A DNA stretch of 29,392 bases from Planctomycetota bacterium. GTDB taxonomy: Bacteria > Planctomycetota > UBA11346. The stretch spans positions 1 to 29,392 of the forward strand of contig JBBQSO010000067.1 in NCBI GenBank assembly GCA_038213805.1. Direction: 5' to 3'. The position numbers were made by a program, and so were the translations under genes. Positions 13,310-21,182 of the stretch are shown here, piece after piece; the stretch's first letter is position 1; every line of letters begins with the position of its first letter. The notes under the pieces are model-generated. The model searched no databases and was not told the origin of the DNA. It saw nothing but the letters and a program-made list of their open reading frames with translations.

Positions 13310-13636
13310 ATGACCATCCGCACCTGCGCCATCCCGCTCCTGACCCTGGTTTTCGGCCTGTCCATGCAGGCTGCAGAGGGGGATGGAGCGCATGCCACTG
13401 CCACTGCAACTGCCACCGGAACCGTCAGCGCCGTCAACGTCGAGAAGAAGTCCTTCACCCTTGTCGAAGATGGTTCGCAGAAGACGGAAGCGTACCGGCC
13501 GTTCTACGCGGGCGGTGACCAGGGCAAGATGGCCGTCAGGATCCCCACGCTGACCGTTGGCGAGCACGTTGAGGTGGCCTATACGATCAAAGAGGGGCGC
13601 CGCGCCCTGGCCATCACCGACGTCGCCGCGAAGTGA
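13310..13636 (+). CDS. Small secreted protein (108 aa): signal peptide, Ala/Thr linker, about 70-aa beta-rich (OB-fold-like) domain
   Basis: AAAGGA 9 nt before ATG 13310; N-terminus MTIRTCAIPLLTLVFGLSMQA-AEG looks like a Sec signal; domain TGTV..FTL..VGEHVEVAY..EGRRAL. Its similarity to the anti-sigma C-terminus supports that it is a real gene. Confidence 0.85.
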   Translation: MTIRTCAIPLLTLVFGLSMQAAEGDGAHATATATATGTVSAVNVEKKSFTLVEDGSQKTEAYRPFYAGGDQGKMAVRIPTLTVGEHVEVAYTIKEGRRALAITDVAAK

Positions 13637-13660
13637 CGGACGCGGACGTCCGGTTCCACC

Positions 13661-14188
13661 ATGACCCAACCTGACGTCCCTGCAGCGGCGCACCGGCCGC
13701 CGCTGCAGGTCCTGCTCGCGGAGCGCGGCATCCTGCTGGCCTACATCAACGTGATGCTGCATGACCTGCACGGCGCGGAGGACATCCTCCAGGAAGCCTT
13801 GCTGCTTGCCATGGACCAGGATTTCGGCGACGCCGACCACGCGCGTGCGTGGATCCGCGTGACCGCGCGGAACCTTACTTTCGCGGAACGACGCCGACGT
13901 GGGCGCGGCGCCTATTTGTCCGATGATCTTCTGGACCTACTCGACACCGCTTGGCGCGAAGAGACTGTGAACGCAGCGCACGCCGACCGGATCGTTGCAC
14001 TACAAGCCTGCCGTGATGCGTTGTCGGCGGCGGCGCGGCGCCTCATCGACCTGCGCTTCGTCGAGGGTCTCGACGGACAGGCCATCGCTGCGCGCCTGGG
14101 TCGGCCGCTGAACACCGTCTACGTCGGTCTCAGCCGCACCTACCGCCGCCTGGCCGACTGCATCCAGCGCCGCCTGGGGGACGCATGA
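13661..14188 (+). CDS. ECF RNA polymerase sigma factor (Rhodopirellula/Verrucomicrobium-type)
   Basis: Region 2 LAYINVMLHDLHGAEDILQE..AWIRVTARN; region 4 HTH LDGQAIAARLGRPLNTVYVGLSRTYRRLADCI; ATGA overlap with the anti-sigma gene. Confidence 0.93.
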   Translation: MTQPDVPAAAHRPPLQVLLAERGILLAYINVMLHDLHGAEDILQEALLLAMDQDFGDADHARAWIRVTARNLTFAERRRRGRGAYLSDDLLDLLDTAWREETVNAAHADRIVALQACRDALSAAARRLIDLRFVEGLDGQAIAARLGRPLNTVYVGLSRTYRRLADCIQRRLGDA

Positions 14189-15276
14189 ACTCGCGCAGCG
14201 ACGACGACCTGATGGTCCGCTACATTGAAGGCGCGGCTTCCGCGGAAGAGGTGACGCTGCTCGAGACCAGGCTGCGTACCGATCCCGGTGCGCGCCGCGA
14301 ATTCGTGCGCCTCGCCCACGTTCAGGCGCTGTTCGTGGATCTGCCGAGGGCTTCGGTGGTGATCGACGCGACCTCACCTCCCTTTCGGCGTTGGCATGTG
14401 GCGCGCGCGGCCGGCCTCGTCGCGGCCGCACTCGTGCTTGTCGCGATCGCACTCGTCGCGCGACCAGCGCGCTCCGGCGTGGCGACCGTCACCGCCCTGC
14501 AGGGCGCGGTGCGGTGCCTGCGTGAGCAGGATGTGGTACCGCTCCGCGTGGGAGACGCCGTGCAGCCCGGTGATCAGTTCGCACTCGCCGGATTCTCGAC
14601 CCTCAGTGTGTCGTGGGCTGGAGAGGTCAGCGTCGACGTCGAGCAATACAGCATTCTGACCGTGGGCGGCGAGGGGGCATCGACCATCTATCTGTCGAGT
14701 GGTGCGGTGCACGCCGTGGTCATCAGCCATAGCGGGAACGCGTTCGCCATCGCCACCGCGGATGGCGTCGCCCGTGACCTTGGCACGGACTTCATCGTGC
14801 ACTGTGATGCGGGTGGCACGGCCGTCCAAGTCGCGGCCGGTCTGGTCATGCTGGAAAACGCGCTGGGACGGGTGACGGTCCCGGCGGGGAGATCGGCTTC
14901 CCTGCACGCAGGTCGCGCACCAGCGTTGGAGATTGTGCCCCCGCACGGGCAGTCCGCAGGCCAACGGCAGCCCGCGCCAGCGACGATTCCGGCGCCCGCG
15001 GTCCGTCCGCCACCGCCACCGCCACCACTCGTCGACGTCACATCTCCGTCGTCCACCGGGACGGTCACGCACCTCGATGGGCAGCGCCGCGCATTCACCC
15101 TGCGTGACGACCGTTCTGGAGAAACCAGCGAATACCGTGCGCATTTTGCCGGCGGACATGCCGAGGCCATCGTCGCTCGCATCGCCTCGCTCCAGGTCGG
15201 GGAGCACCTGACCGTGGGCTACATCGAGCAGGAGGGGCGTCGGGCGCTGTCCATCGTCACTACACCTCCGCCGTGA
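14185..15276 (+). CDS. FecR-type transmembrane anti-sigma factor with Pro-rich linker and C-terminal copy of the upstream secreted domain
   Basis: N-terminal anti-sigma helices (LMVRYIEGAASAEEVTLLE..DPGARREF); TM AAGLVAAALVLVAIALVA; FecR signature LSSGAVHA..FAIATADGVARDLGTDF..VQVAAGLV; PAPA..PPPPPPP linker; terminal domain TGTV..EGRRALSI. Confidence 0.9.
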   Translation: MNSRSDDDLMVRYIEGAASAEEVTLLETRLRTDPGARREFVRLAHVQALFVDLPRASVVIDATSPPFRRWHVARAAGLVAAALVLVAIALVARPARSGVATVTALQGAVRCLREQDVVPLRVGDAVQPGDQFALAGFSTLSVSWAGEVSVDVEQYSILTVGGEGASTIYLSSGAVHAVVISHSGNAFAIATADGVARDLGTDFIVHCDAGGTAVQVAAGLVMLENALGRVTVPAGRSASLHAGRAPALEIVPPHGQSAGQRQPAPATIPAPAVRPPPPPPPLVDVTSPSSTGTVTHLDGQRRAFTLRDDRSGETSEYRAHFAGGHAEAIVARIASLQVGEHLTVGYIEQEGRRALSIVTTPPP

Positions 15277-15339
15277 GAGAGATGACGGCCGGCGCGAATG
15301 CTCATGGCCATTCGCGCGAGCCGACACTCCCGCTCTGCG

Positions 15340-15566
15340 GCGATGAAGTGGTCCAATAGATTGCAGAGGAGGATCGTCATCTCGCCAATGCGGGTTGGCT
15401 TCTCGATCCACCCGCTGCGCACCGGGGCATCCGCGCGTGGCGCTGCGCCGCCAACAACCATGGTCGCGAGGTTGTTGAAGGCCGGCTCCGCGAGCATCCA
15501 CGCGCCCAGTTGCGCGTCCCGTGAGCGGGACAGGTACTGATCGCGGATGACGAAGTCGAGCGCGAC
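15340..15566 (-). pseudogene. Degenerate receiver-domain remnant
   Basis: Minus frame VALDFVIRDQYLSRSRDAQLGAWMLAEPAFNNLATMVVGG..GWIEKPTRIGEMTILLCNLL follows REC beta3-alpha5 (D-x-x-x-x-D and KP). An in-frame TAA at 15567-15569 lies immediately upstream; no intact N-terminus. Confidence 0.55.
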
Positions 15567-15617
15567 TTATTCAAGTCATTTAAAGGCAATGAATTACACA
15601 GCCTCTAGTCGATAAGG

Positions 15618-15646
15618 TTTGCATACTAATGATTCGCTCTGATATT
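15618..15646 (+). promoter_or_regulatory. Putative sigma-70 promoter (TTGCAT-N16-GATATT) overlapped by pseudopalindromic MarR operator TTTGC-AT-ACTAA
   Basis: AT-rich patch in high-GC DNA directly upstream of the MarR gene; TTTGCATACTAA 15618-15629 is pseudopalindromic; -10-like hexamer 15641-15646 ends 7 nt before ATG 15654. Confidence 0.5.
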
Positions 15647-15653
15647 GATTTTC

Positions 15654-16193
15654 ATGCTCGAAAATGTCACGCATGAGGAGCAGACGACCGCTTCGGAGCC
15701 GTGGGTCATCACCATCCTGCGCTCGCTGCGGCAGATCCTGCGCCGCGTCGAACTCGGGTCGCATGATCTCGAAGTCGCGCACGGGGTCACCCAGCCGCAG
15801 CTCATCTGCCTGCGCACCATCGCCACGTCGGAGCGGTTGACCCAGGTCGAGCTCGCGCGCGCCGTCTACCTCAGCGCCAGCACCCTGGTCGGCATCATCG
15901 ATCGGCTCGAACACAAGGGGCTGGTGGAGCGGACCCGCGACCACGCGGACCGCCGTCGTATCTTCCTGACCCTCACCAGGTCAGGGAAAGAGAAGGTGCG
16001 CGTGGCTCCGGAGCCCTTGCATCAGCGCGTCCAGCGCGCGCTCATCGGCATGAATCCCGATGAGCTGGCCACCATGGCATCGTCCCTGGGGCGCCTCGTC
16101 GAGCTGCTGGAAGCGCGTGACGAAGACGCCACGCCCATCCTCGCCAGCGGCCCGATCCCCAAGCCCGCCGCGCTCGACGGCGGTCCGCACTGA
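15654..16193 (+). CDS. MarR-family regulator, EctR/CosR-like
   Basis: ILRSLRQILR..GVTQPQL..ELARAVYLSASTLVGIIDRLEHKGLVER..DRRRIFLTLT..G winged helix; APEPL and C-terminal DATPIL resemble the EctR/CosR subfamily. Confidence 0.9.
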   Translation: MLENVTHEEQTTASEPWVITILRSLRQILRRVELGSHDLEVAHGVTQPQLICLRTIATSERLTQVELARAVYLSASTLVGIIDRLEHKGLVERTRDHADRRRIFLTLTRSGKEKVRVAPEPLHQRVQRALIGMNPDELATMASSLGRLVELLEARDEDATPILASGPIPKPAALDGGPH

Positions 16194-16239
16194 CGTGCTG
16201 ATGGTTTCGGCGCACCTCATCCCTCGCAGATCCCCTGCC

Positions 16240-16902
16240 ATGACCAGCCACTCGACCAGCCATCCGGTCCGCCTGACCGTCGGCCACCATCCGCGTCCAG
16301 CATCCGGCCCCATCGCGCAGCTGCTGAGCACGGACGTGGTCACCATGGACTGGACGGTTTCACGCCTGACCGGAGCGCCAAGCACGACCCGCCACGCTGC
16401 GACCGTGCTGGCGATGATCGAAACTGGCGAACCGCGCCTGACGGCGCAGCTCGCCGACGAATTGCGCCGCGGCATCCTGCCGCTGGTGCCCGCCGCCTTG
16501 GACCACCCCGGACTTATCCGGGACGCCTTCGCGCGCATCATCGGCGACCTCGCGGAGGATGAGTCCGCGGCCCTGGCGATCATCACTTGGCCGCGTTGCC
16601 GCATCGCCGCGGTCGGCGGCGGCCGCATCGCCATCCAGCGACAGCGACGGGTCAATGTCATCGAGCCGCAGCCCGAGGCGCGCATCCGCACGCAGTCTCT
16701 GGAGCTGCGGCGCGGCGATTGGCTGGTGATGCTGGCGCCGTCGACTGCCGCGGCCCTGCACCTTGGGGCGATCGGCATCGCCACCGGTCGCCAGACCGGC
16801 GCGGCGGCGGTCTGCCGCGCGCTGGTCGACCGGGCGGCGGCGGACGACCCACCCGGGCCGCACGCCGCCATCGCCGTGCACGCGGCGCCACTGCTGGACT
16901 GA
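16240..16902 (+). CDS. Hypothetical protein with degenerate PP2C/PPM phosphatase-like pattern
   Basis: IAAVGGGRIAIQR (cf. VGDSR), LELRRGDWLVMLAPS (cf. GD.lll.SDG), AAAVCRALVDRAAADDPPGPHAAIAV (cf. LV..A...GG.DNIT). Alternative in-frame start at ATG 16201. Confidence 0.65.
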   Translation: MTSHSTSHPVRLTVGHHPRPASGPIAQLLSTDVVTMDWTVSRLTGAPSTTRHAATVLAMIETGEPRLTAQLADELRRGILPLVPAALDHPGLIRDAFARIIGDLAEDESAALAIITWPRCRIAAVGGGRIAIQRQRRVNVIEPQPEARIRTQSLELRRGDWLVMLAPSTAAALHLGAIGIATGRQTGAAAVCRALVDRAAADDPPGPHAAIAVHAAPLLD

Positions 16903-16985
16903 CGGCGGGGCGCGCCGGGTTCCGCTGCGCGTCCGCGACCGTCCCGCCACCGCATCCCCGCACGGATGCCAGACAAGGCCAACGC

Positions 16986-19154
16986 ATGTCGAAGACCTGG
17001 ATCGTCTCCAACCGTCTGCCGTGGACCTGCGCGCGCGATGCCGCGGGCCTGCCGCATCTGGTGCGCAGCCCCGGCGGACTGGTCGCGGCCATGCTGCCGG
17101 TCCACCAGGCGGGCGCTGCCCACTGGGTCGGGCACGGCGGCTTTCCCGCCGACACCCCGGGTCTGGCGCAGCTGTTGGAGGAGCAGCGGCTCATCGATGT
17201 GGTCATCAGCGCCGACGACTACGCGGGCTACTACAATGGCGCGGCCAATGGCTGCCTGTGGCCGATCTTCCACTACTTCCCCGCCCTCGCCCGCTTCGAT
17301 CAGGCGGGATGGGAGGCGTACCGGCGCGTGAACCGGGTCTTCGCGGCGGCGCTGCTCGAGAAGGTCGGGCCCGGCGACCTGGTGTGGATCCACGACTACC
17401 AGTTGATGCTCCTGCCTCAGTTGCTGCGCGAAGCGCTGCCCGACCTGCGCATCGGCTATTTCCACCACATCCCCTTCCCGGCCTCGGAGGTGTTCAAGCT
17501 GCTGCCCTGGCGCGAAGAGATCGCCAATGGCCTGCTGGGCGCCGACCTGGTCGGCTTCCACACTCTCGAGTACGCGCGCCACTTCGCCTCGGTGGCCGGG
17601 CGCCTGATGGGGCTGGAGGTCCGCGGCGAGGACATCCACCACGGCGACCGCACGGTGCGCACCGGCGCCTTCCCGCTCGGGATCGACGTCCATGGCCTCA
17701 CCGAGGCGATGCGCAGCGACCGTCACCGCGAAACCCTCGCCGATCTGGAGCGGACCTTCACCGGGCGTCGGCTGGTGCTGGGCGTCGATCGTCTCGACTA
17801 CACCAAGGGCATCCGCGAACGCCTCGAAGCCTTCGCCCACTACCTGCGCGCCCACCCCGAGGCGCGCGCCGACACCGTCCTGCTGCTGTTGTGCGTCCCG
17901 TCGCGCATCGAGGTCGGTCCCTATTCCGACCTGCGTCTGGAGATCGAGCAGCTGGTCAGCCGCATCAACGGCGAATTCGGCACCACCGCCAATCAGCCGG
18001 TCCACTACCTCTTCCAGAGCCGCGGGCTGCCGGAGCTGACCGCGCTCTATCGGCGTGCCGACGTCTGCCTGGTGACGCCTCTGCGCGACGGCCTCAACCT
18101 GGTGAGCAAGGAGTATTGCGCGGTGCGCGAGGACCTCGAAGGCATGCTGATCATCAGCGAGTTCGCTGGCGCCTCAGAGGAGCTGGGTGAGGCGCTGGTG
18201 GTCAACCCCTTCGCCACCGGCGAAGTGGCGGCGGCCATCCATCAGGCCCTGCACATGGATCAGCGCGAGCGTCGCGCGCGCATGGCGATCCTGCGCCGGC
18301 GCGTGCTTGAGGCGGACAACCGCGCCTGGGCCAACCAGTTCATCACCGCGCTGGACGCGGTGGCCACGATCAACCGCCAGCACGCCTCGCGCCGCCTGGA
18401 GAACCCCGCCGAGGCCGCCGAGCTGGTCGCGCGCCTCGATGGCGCGGCGCGGATCCTGGTCGCGATCGACGGCAGCGCCTTCGAGGCGCGGCCCGCCCAG
18501 CGTCACGAGCTTGAGCGCCTGGTGGCGTCGCTACGCCAGCGTTATGGTGCCCGCTGCGCCATAGTGCTCATCGCCGGCGCAGAGGTGGACGTCGGCTGGC
18601 CCCTGAAAGCGCTGTGGCTGGCTGGCGAGTTCGGGGCGACGCTCCAGCCACCAGGGGGCCCGGTGGTTGAACAGGCCGCTGGCCTGGGTGACCTCGGCTC
18701 GCACCATGGCGAGATCCTGCGCATCCTGGGCGAGTTGGAGCGCAAGGTGCCGCGCTCCCGCACTGTGGCCGGCCGCGCCACCCTGACCTGGACGATGGGC
18801 CGGACGACTTCGGACATGGCCAAGGTCATGCTCAACGAGACCCGCCACGCCATCTCGCTGATGCTCGAGCGCAGTGCGTGGTTCTGCGCCGGCATCCACC
18901 GCGGCCTGGCGGTGCGCTGCGGGACGTGCGGTCCGGCGCAGGCCATCGAGCGGGTGCTGGCGGCCCTGCCGGACGGGGAGGGTGCCACCCTGCTGAGCAT
19001 TGGTGATCGCTTCACCGACGAGGCGGTCTTCAACCTGCACCGTGAACGCAACTGTTCGGTGGCCATCGCCACTCCGGCGACGACCGCGGACTACCTGGTG
19101 GCGGACGCGCACGCGCTGGCCTGCATCCTTGCAGCTCCTGGAGAGCGGTCATGA
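16986..19154 (+). CDS. otsA: Trehalose-6-phosphate synthase (GT20) fused to a degenerate trehalose-phosphatase-like HAD domain (722 aa)
   Basis: [62 protein letters not shown]-terminal HAD remnants [21 protein letters not shown]. Confidence 0.95.
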   Translation: MSKTWIVSNRLPWTCARDAAGLPHLVRSPGGLVAAMLPVHQAGAAHWVGHGGFPADTPGLAQLLEEQRLIDVVISADDYAGYYNGAANGCLWPIFHYFPALARFDQAGWEAYRRVNRVFAAALLEKVGPGDLVWIHDYQLMLLPQLLREALPDLRIGYFHHIPFPASEVFKLLPWREEIANGLLGADLVGFHTLEYARHFASVAGRLMGLEVRGEDIHHGDRTVRTGAFPLGIDVHGLTEAMRSDRHRETLADLERTFTGRRLVLGVDRLDYTKGIRERLEAFAHYLRAHPEARADTVLLLLCVPSRIEVGPYSDLRLEIEQLVSRINGEFGTTANQPVHYLFQSRGLPELTALYRRADVCLVTPLRDGLNLVSKEYCAVREDLEGMLIISEFAGASEELGEALVVNPFATGEVAAAIHQALHMDQRERRARMAILRRRVLEADNRAWANQFITALDAVATINRQHASRRLENPAEAAELVARLDGAARILVAIDGSAFEARPAQRHELERLVASLRQRYGARCAIVLIAGAEVDVGWPLKALWLAGEFGATLQPPGGPVVEQAAGLGDLGSHHGEILRILGELERKVPRSRTVAGRATLTWTMGRTTSDMAKVMLNETRHAISLMLERSAWFCAGIHRGLAVRCGTCGPAQAIERVLAALPDGEGATLLSIGDRFTDEAVFNLHRERNCSVAIATPATTADYLVADAHALACILAAPGERS

Positions 19155-19909
19155 ACGCCCGCGACCTCGACTGCGCGGAGGGTCTGGCCATGCTCCGGCG
19201 CGCGGTTGGGGACCGCTGGTTGCTCGCCTTCGACTTCGACGGCACCTTGGCTCCGCTGGTCGATGACCCGCATGCCGCCGCCATGCCGGCGGCGCTGTGC
19301 GCGGACCTGACCGCGCTGGCGCATTTGCGGCAGGTGGCGGTGGTCACCGGCCGGGCGCGCGCCGACGTCCTGCCGCGCCTGCCGGCCAGCCTCGCGCAGG
19401 TGGTCGGCAATCACGGCTGTGAGCGCGGGGAGGGCAATGCCGCCGGCCTCGCAGCCGCGACCGCGATGGCGGCGGGGTGGCTCGTGCGCCTGGACCATCT
19501 GCTGCGCGGCACGGGCCTGCGCGTCGAAGCGAAGGGGCCGAGCCTGACCCTGCACTGGCGTGGCAGCCGCGATCCGCTGGCCAGCGCGATCCTGGCGCAT
19601 GACCTTGCTCTGCAGCTGTCGCCGCGACCTGATCTCATCCCTGGCGACCACGTGTTGAATCTGATTCCGCCCGGTCTGCCGGACAAGGGTGCGGCCATGC
19701 GCGATCTGCTGGCCCGGTGCGATTGTCCGGCGGCGCTGTTCGTCGGCGACGATCTGACCGACGCCGCGGTGTTCAGGTTGGATGATCCGCGCATCGTCGG
19801 CATCGCGGTGGGCAGTCGGCCGCTGGGTGCGCAGTGGCGCGTCGCCGATGCCGGGGCGGTCGCCGCCCTGGTCCGAGATCTGGTGCTGATGTGTGGTGCC
19901 GGCCCATGA
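19151..19909 (+). CDS. otsB: Trehalose-6-phosphate phosphatase (HAD IIB)
   Basis: FDFDGTLAP, VVTGR, VGNHG, DKGAA, FVGDDLTD all intact; ATGA overlap with otsA. Confidence 0.93.
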   Translation: MNARDLDCAEGLAMLRRAVGDRWLLAFDFDGTLAPLVDDPHAAAMPAALCADLTALAHLRQVAVVTGRARADVLPRLPASLAQVVGNHGCERGEGNAAGLAAATAMAAGWLVRLDHLLRGTGLRVEAKGPSLTLHWRGSRDPLASAILAHDLALQLSPRPDLIPGDHVLNLIPPGLPDKGAAMRDLLARCDCPAALFVGDDLTDAAVFRLDDPRIVGIAVGSRPLGAQWRVADAGAVAALVRDLVLMCGAGP

Positions 19910-19964
19910 GCGCCACCGCCCCGAAACGCGCGGGTGCTTCCGGATCGTGGTGGGATTCACGACC

Positions 19965-21182
19965 ATGATGCCGCTCCTGGCGTCCTTCAATCCGGACGAT
20001 TTGCCGCCGGAGCTCTGGTACATCCTGCTCGTCCTCGGGCTGTTTTTCGTGCCGCACATCCTGCAGCGTTGGCGCCTGCCGGTGCCGCTCGGTGCGCTCG
20101 GACTGGGCGCCCTTGCCGGCATGGGCTGCGGCTGGTTCCAGCAGGACGGCACCGTCCACCTGCTCGCCACCTTCGGGATCGTTTCGCTGTTTCTGCTCGC
20201 CGGCCTTGAGGTGGACTTCTCGGAACTGCGCCGTCATGCCCACGTGCTGGTCCGCCACCTGCTGCTGCGCGCCGCGGTGCTGGCCCTGTCCGCCTGGGCG
20301 CTCGGCGTCGTCCTGCACCTGGAACCCCGGCCGGCGCTGATCATGGCGTTGGCGCTGCTCACGCCATCGGTGGGCTTCATCCTCAGTTCGCTGCCGCGCC
20401 TCGGTCTGGCACCCGAGGAGGCGCTCCAGGTCAAGCTGCACGCGATCGGCGGCGAAATGCTCGCGCTGACCGTGCTGTTCTTCTGCGTGCAGTCGGTCAC
20501 CGGGCAGCGCCTGGCGGTTAACTCCGTCGCCCTGGTGGGGTTGATCGCGGTGTTGCCGCTGGTCTTCTGGCTCTTCGCCCGCCACATCCTGCCGCATGCG
20601 CCGCGCACCGAGTTCGCTTTCCTGCTCATCATCGCGATTGCCTGCGCGTGGACGACGCGCGCCCTGGGCGCCTACTACCTGCTCGGCGCCTTCATCGCCG
20701 GCTTGGTGGCGGCGCGCACCGGACGCCTGCTGCCGGAACTGGTCGAACCACGTCTGCTGCACGCGATCGAGCTCTTCGCCGCATTCTTCATCCCCTTCTA
20801 CTTCTTCTCTGCCGGACTCGACCTCGGGCCTGAGGATTTCTCACCCACCGCCCTCGCCACCGGCGGCATCCTGCTCGCCGCGTTCGTGCCCACGCGCATG
20901 GTCCAGGGGCTGATCATGCGCAGCTGGCGGTCGGGACGGCCGGTGCGGCCGGATCTGCGCATCGCCACCGCGCTGCTGCCCACCCTGGTCTTCACCTTGG
21001 TGCTGGCGCGCATCCTGCGCGACCAGTTCGCGCTTTCCGCGGACCTCTACGGGGCGCTCATCGTCTACGCCCTGGTCACCACCCTGATCCCCGGTTTCCT
21101 GCTCGCCGTCGCGCCGGACTACACCACCCCGACCGCGACCATCGCCCGCGGCCGCAGCGGCGATGGCGGGGGGGCGCCATGA
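19965..21182 (+). CDS. Cation:proton antiporter (CPA2/Kef-like, no C-terminal RCK domain)
   Basis: Many hydrophobic helices; LATFGIVSLFLLAGLEVD, LLGAFIAGL, FFIPFYFFSAGL signatures. Start at ATG 19965 or 19968. Confidence 0.88.
   Translation: MMPLLASFNPDDLPPELWYILLVLGLFFVPHILQRWRLPVPLGALGLGALAGMGCGWFQQDGTVHLLATFGIVSLFLLAGLEVDFSELRRHAHVLVRHLLLRAAVLALSAWALGVVLHLEPRPALIMALALLTPSVGFILSSLPRLGLAPEEALQVKLHAIGGEMLALTVLFFCVQSVTGQRLAVNSVALVGLIAVLPLVFWLFARHILPHAPRTEFAFLLIIAIACAWTTRALGAYYLLGAFIAGLVAARTGRLLPELVEPRLLHAIELFAAFFIPFYFFSAGLDLGPEDFSPTALATGGILLAAFVPTRMVQGLIMRSWRSGRPVRPDLRIATALLPTLVFTLVLARILRDQFALSADLYGALIVYALVTTLIPGFLLAVAPDYTTPTATIARGRSGDGGGAP

Noticed and set aside
13394..13417. GCCACT-type 6-bp repeat as a phase-variable tract
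   Set aside because: In-frame, imperfect and short; encodes an Ala-Thr linker. The same applies to the CCGCCA repeat near 15007-15027 (poly-Pro).
13415..13615. Calling the small secreted protein CusF
   Set aside because: Only a general OB-like pattern; the CusF His/Trp/Met-x-Met metal site is absent and no cus genes are present.
15573..15595. AAGTCATT-N7-AATGAATT as a dif-like or recombinase core site (AAGTCATT half also on the minus strand near 24157-24164)
   Set aside because: Only 7/8 symmetry, no recombinase gene nearby, second site lacks a matching right arm, and it overlaps a probable pseudogene frame.
16587..16985. 133-aa N-terminal extension of OtsA in the ORF track
   Set aside because: Overlaps the PP2C-like gene in another frame; the OtsA motif IVSNRLP begins right after ATG 16986.
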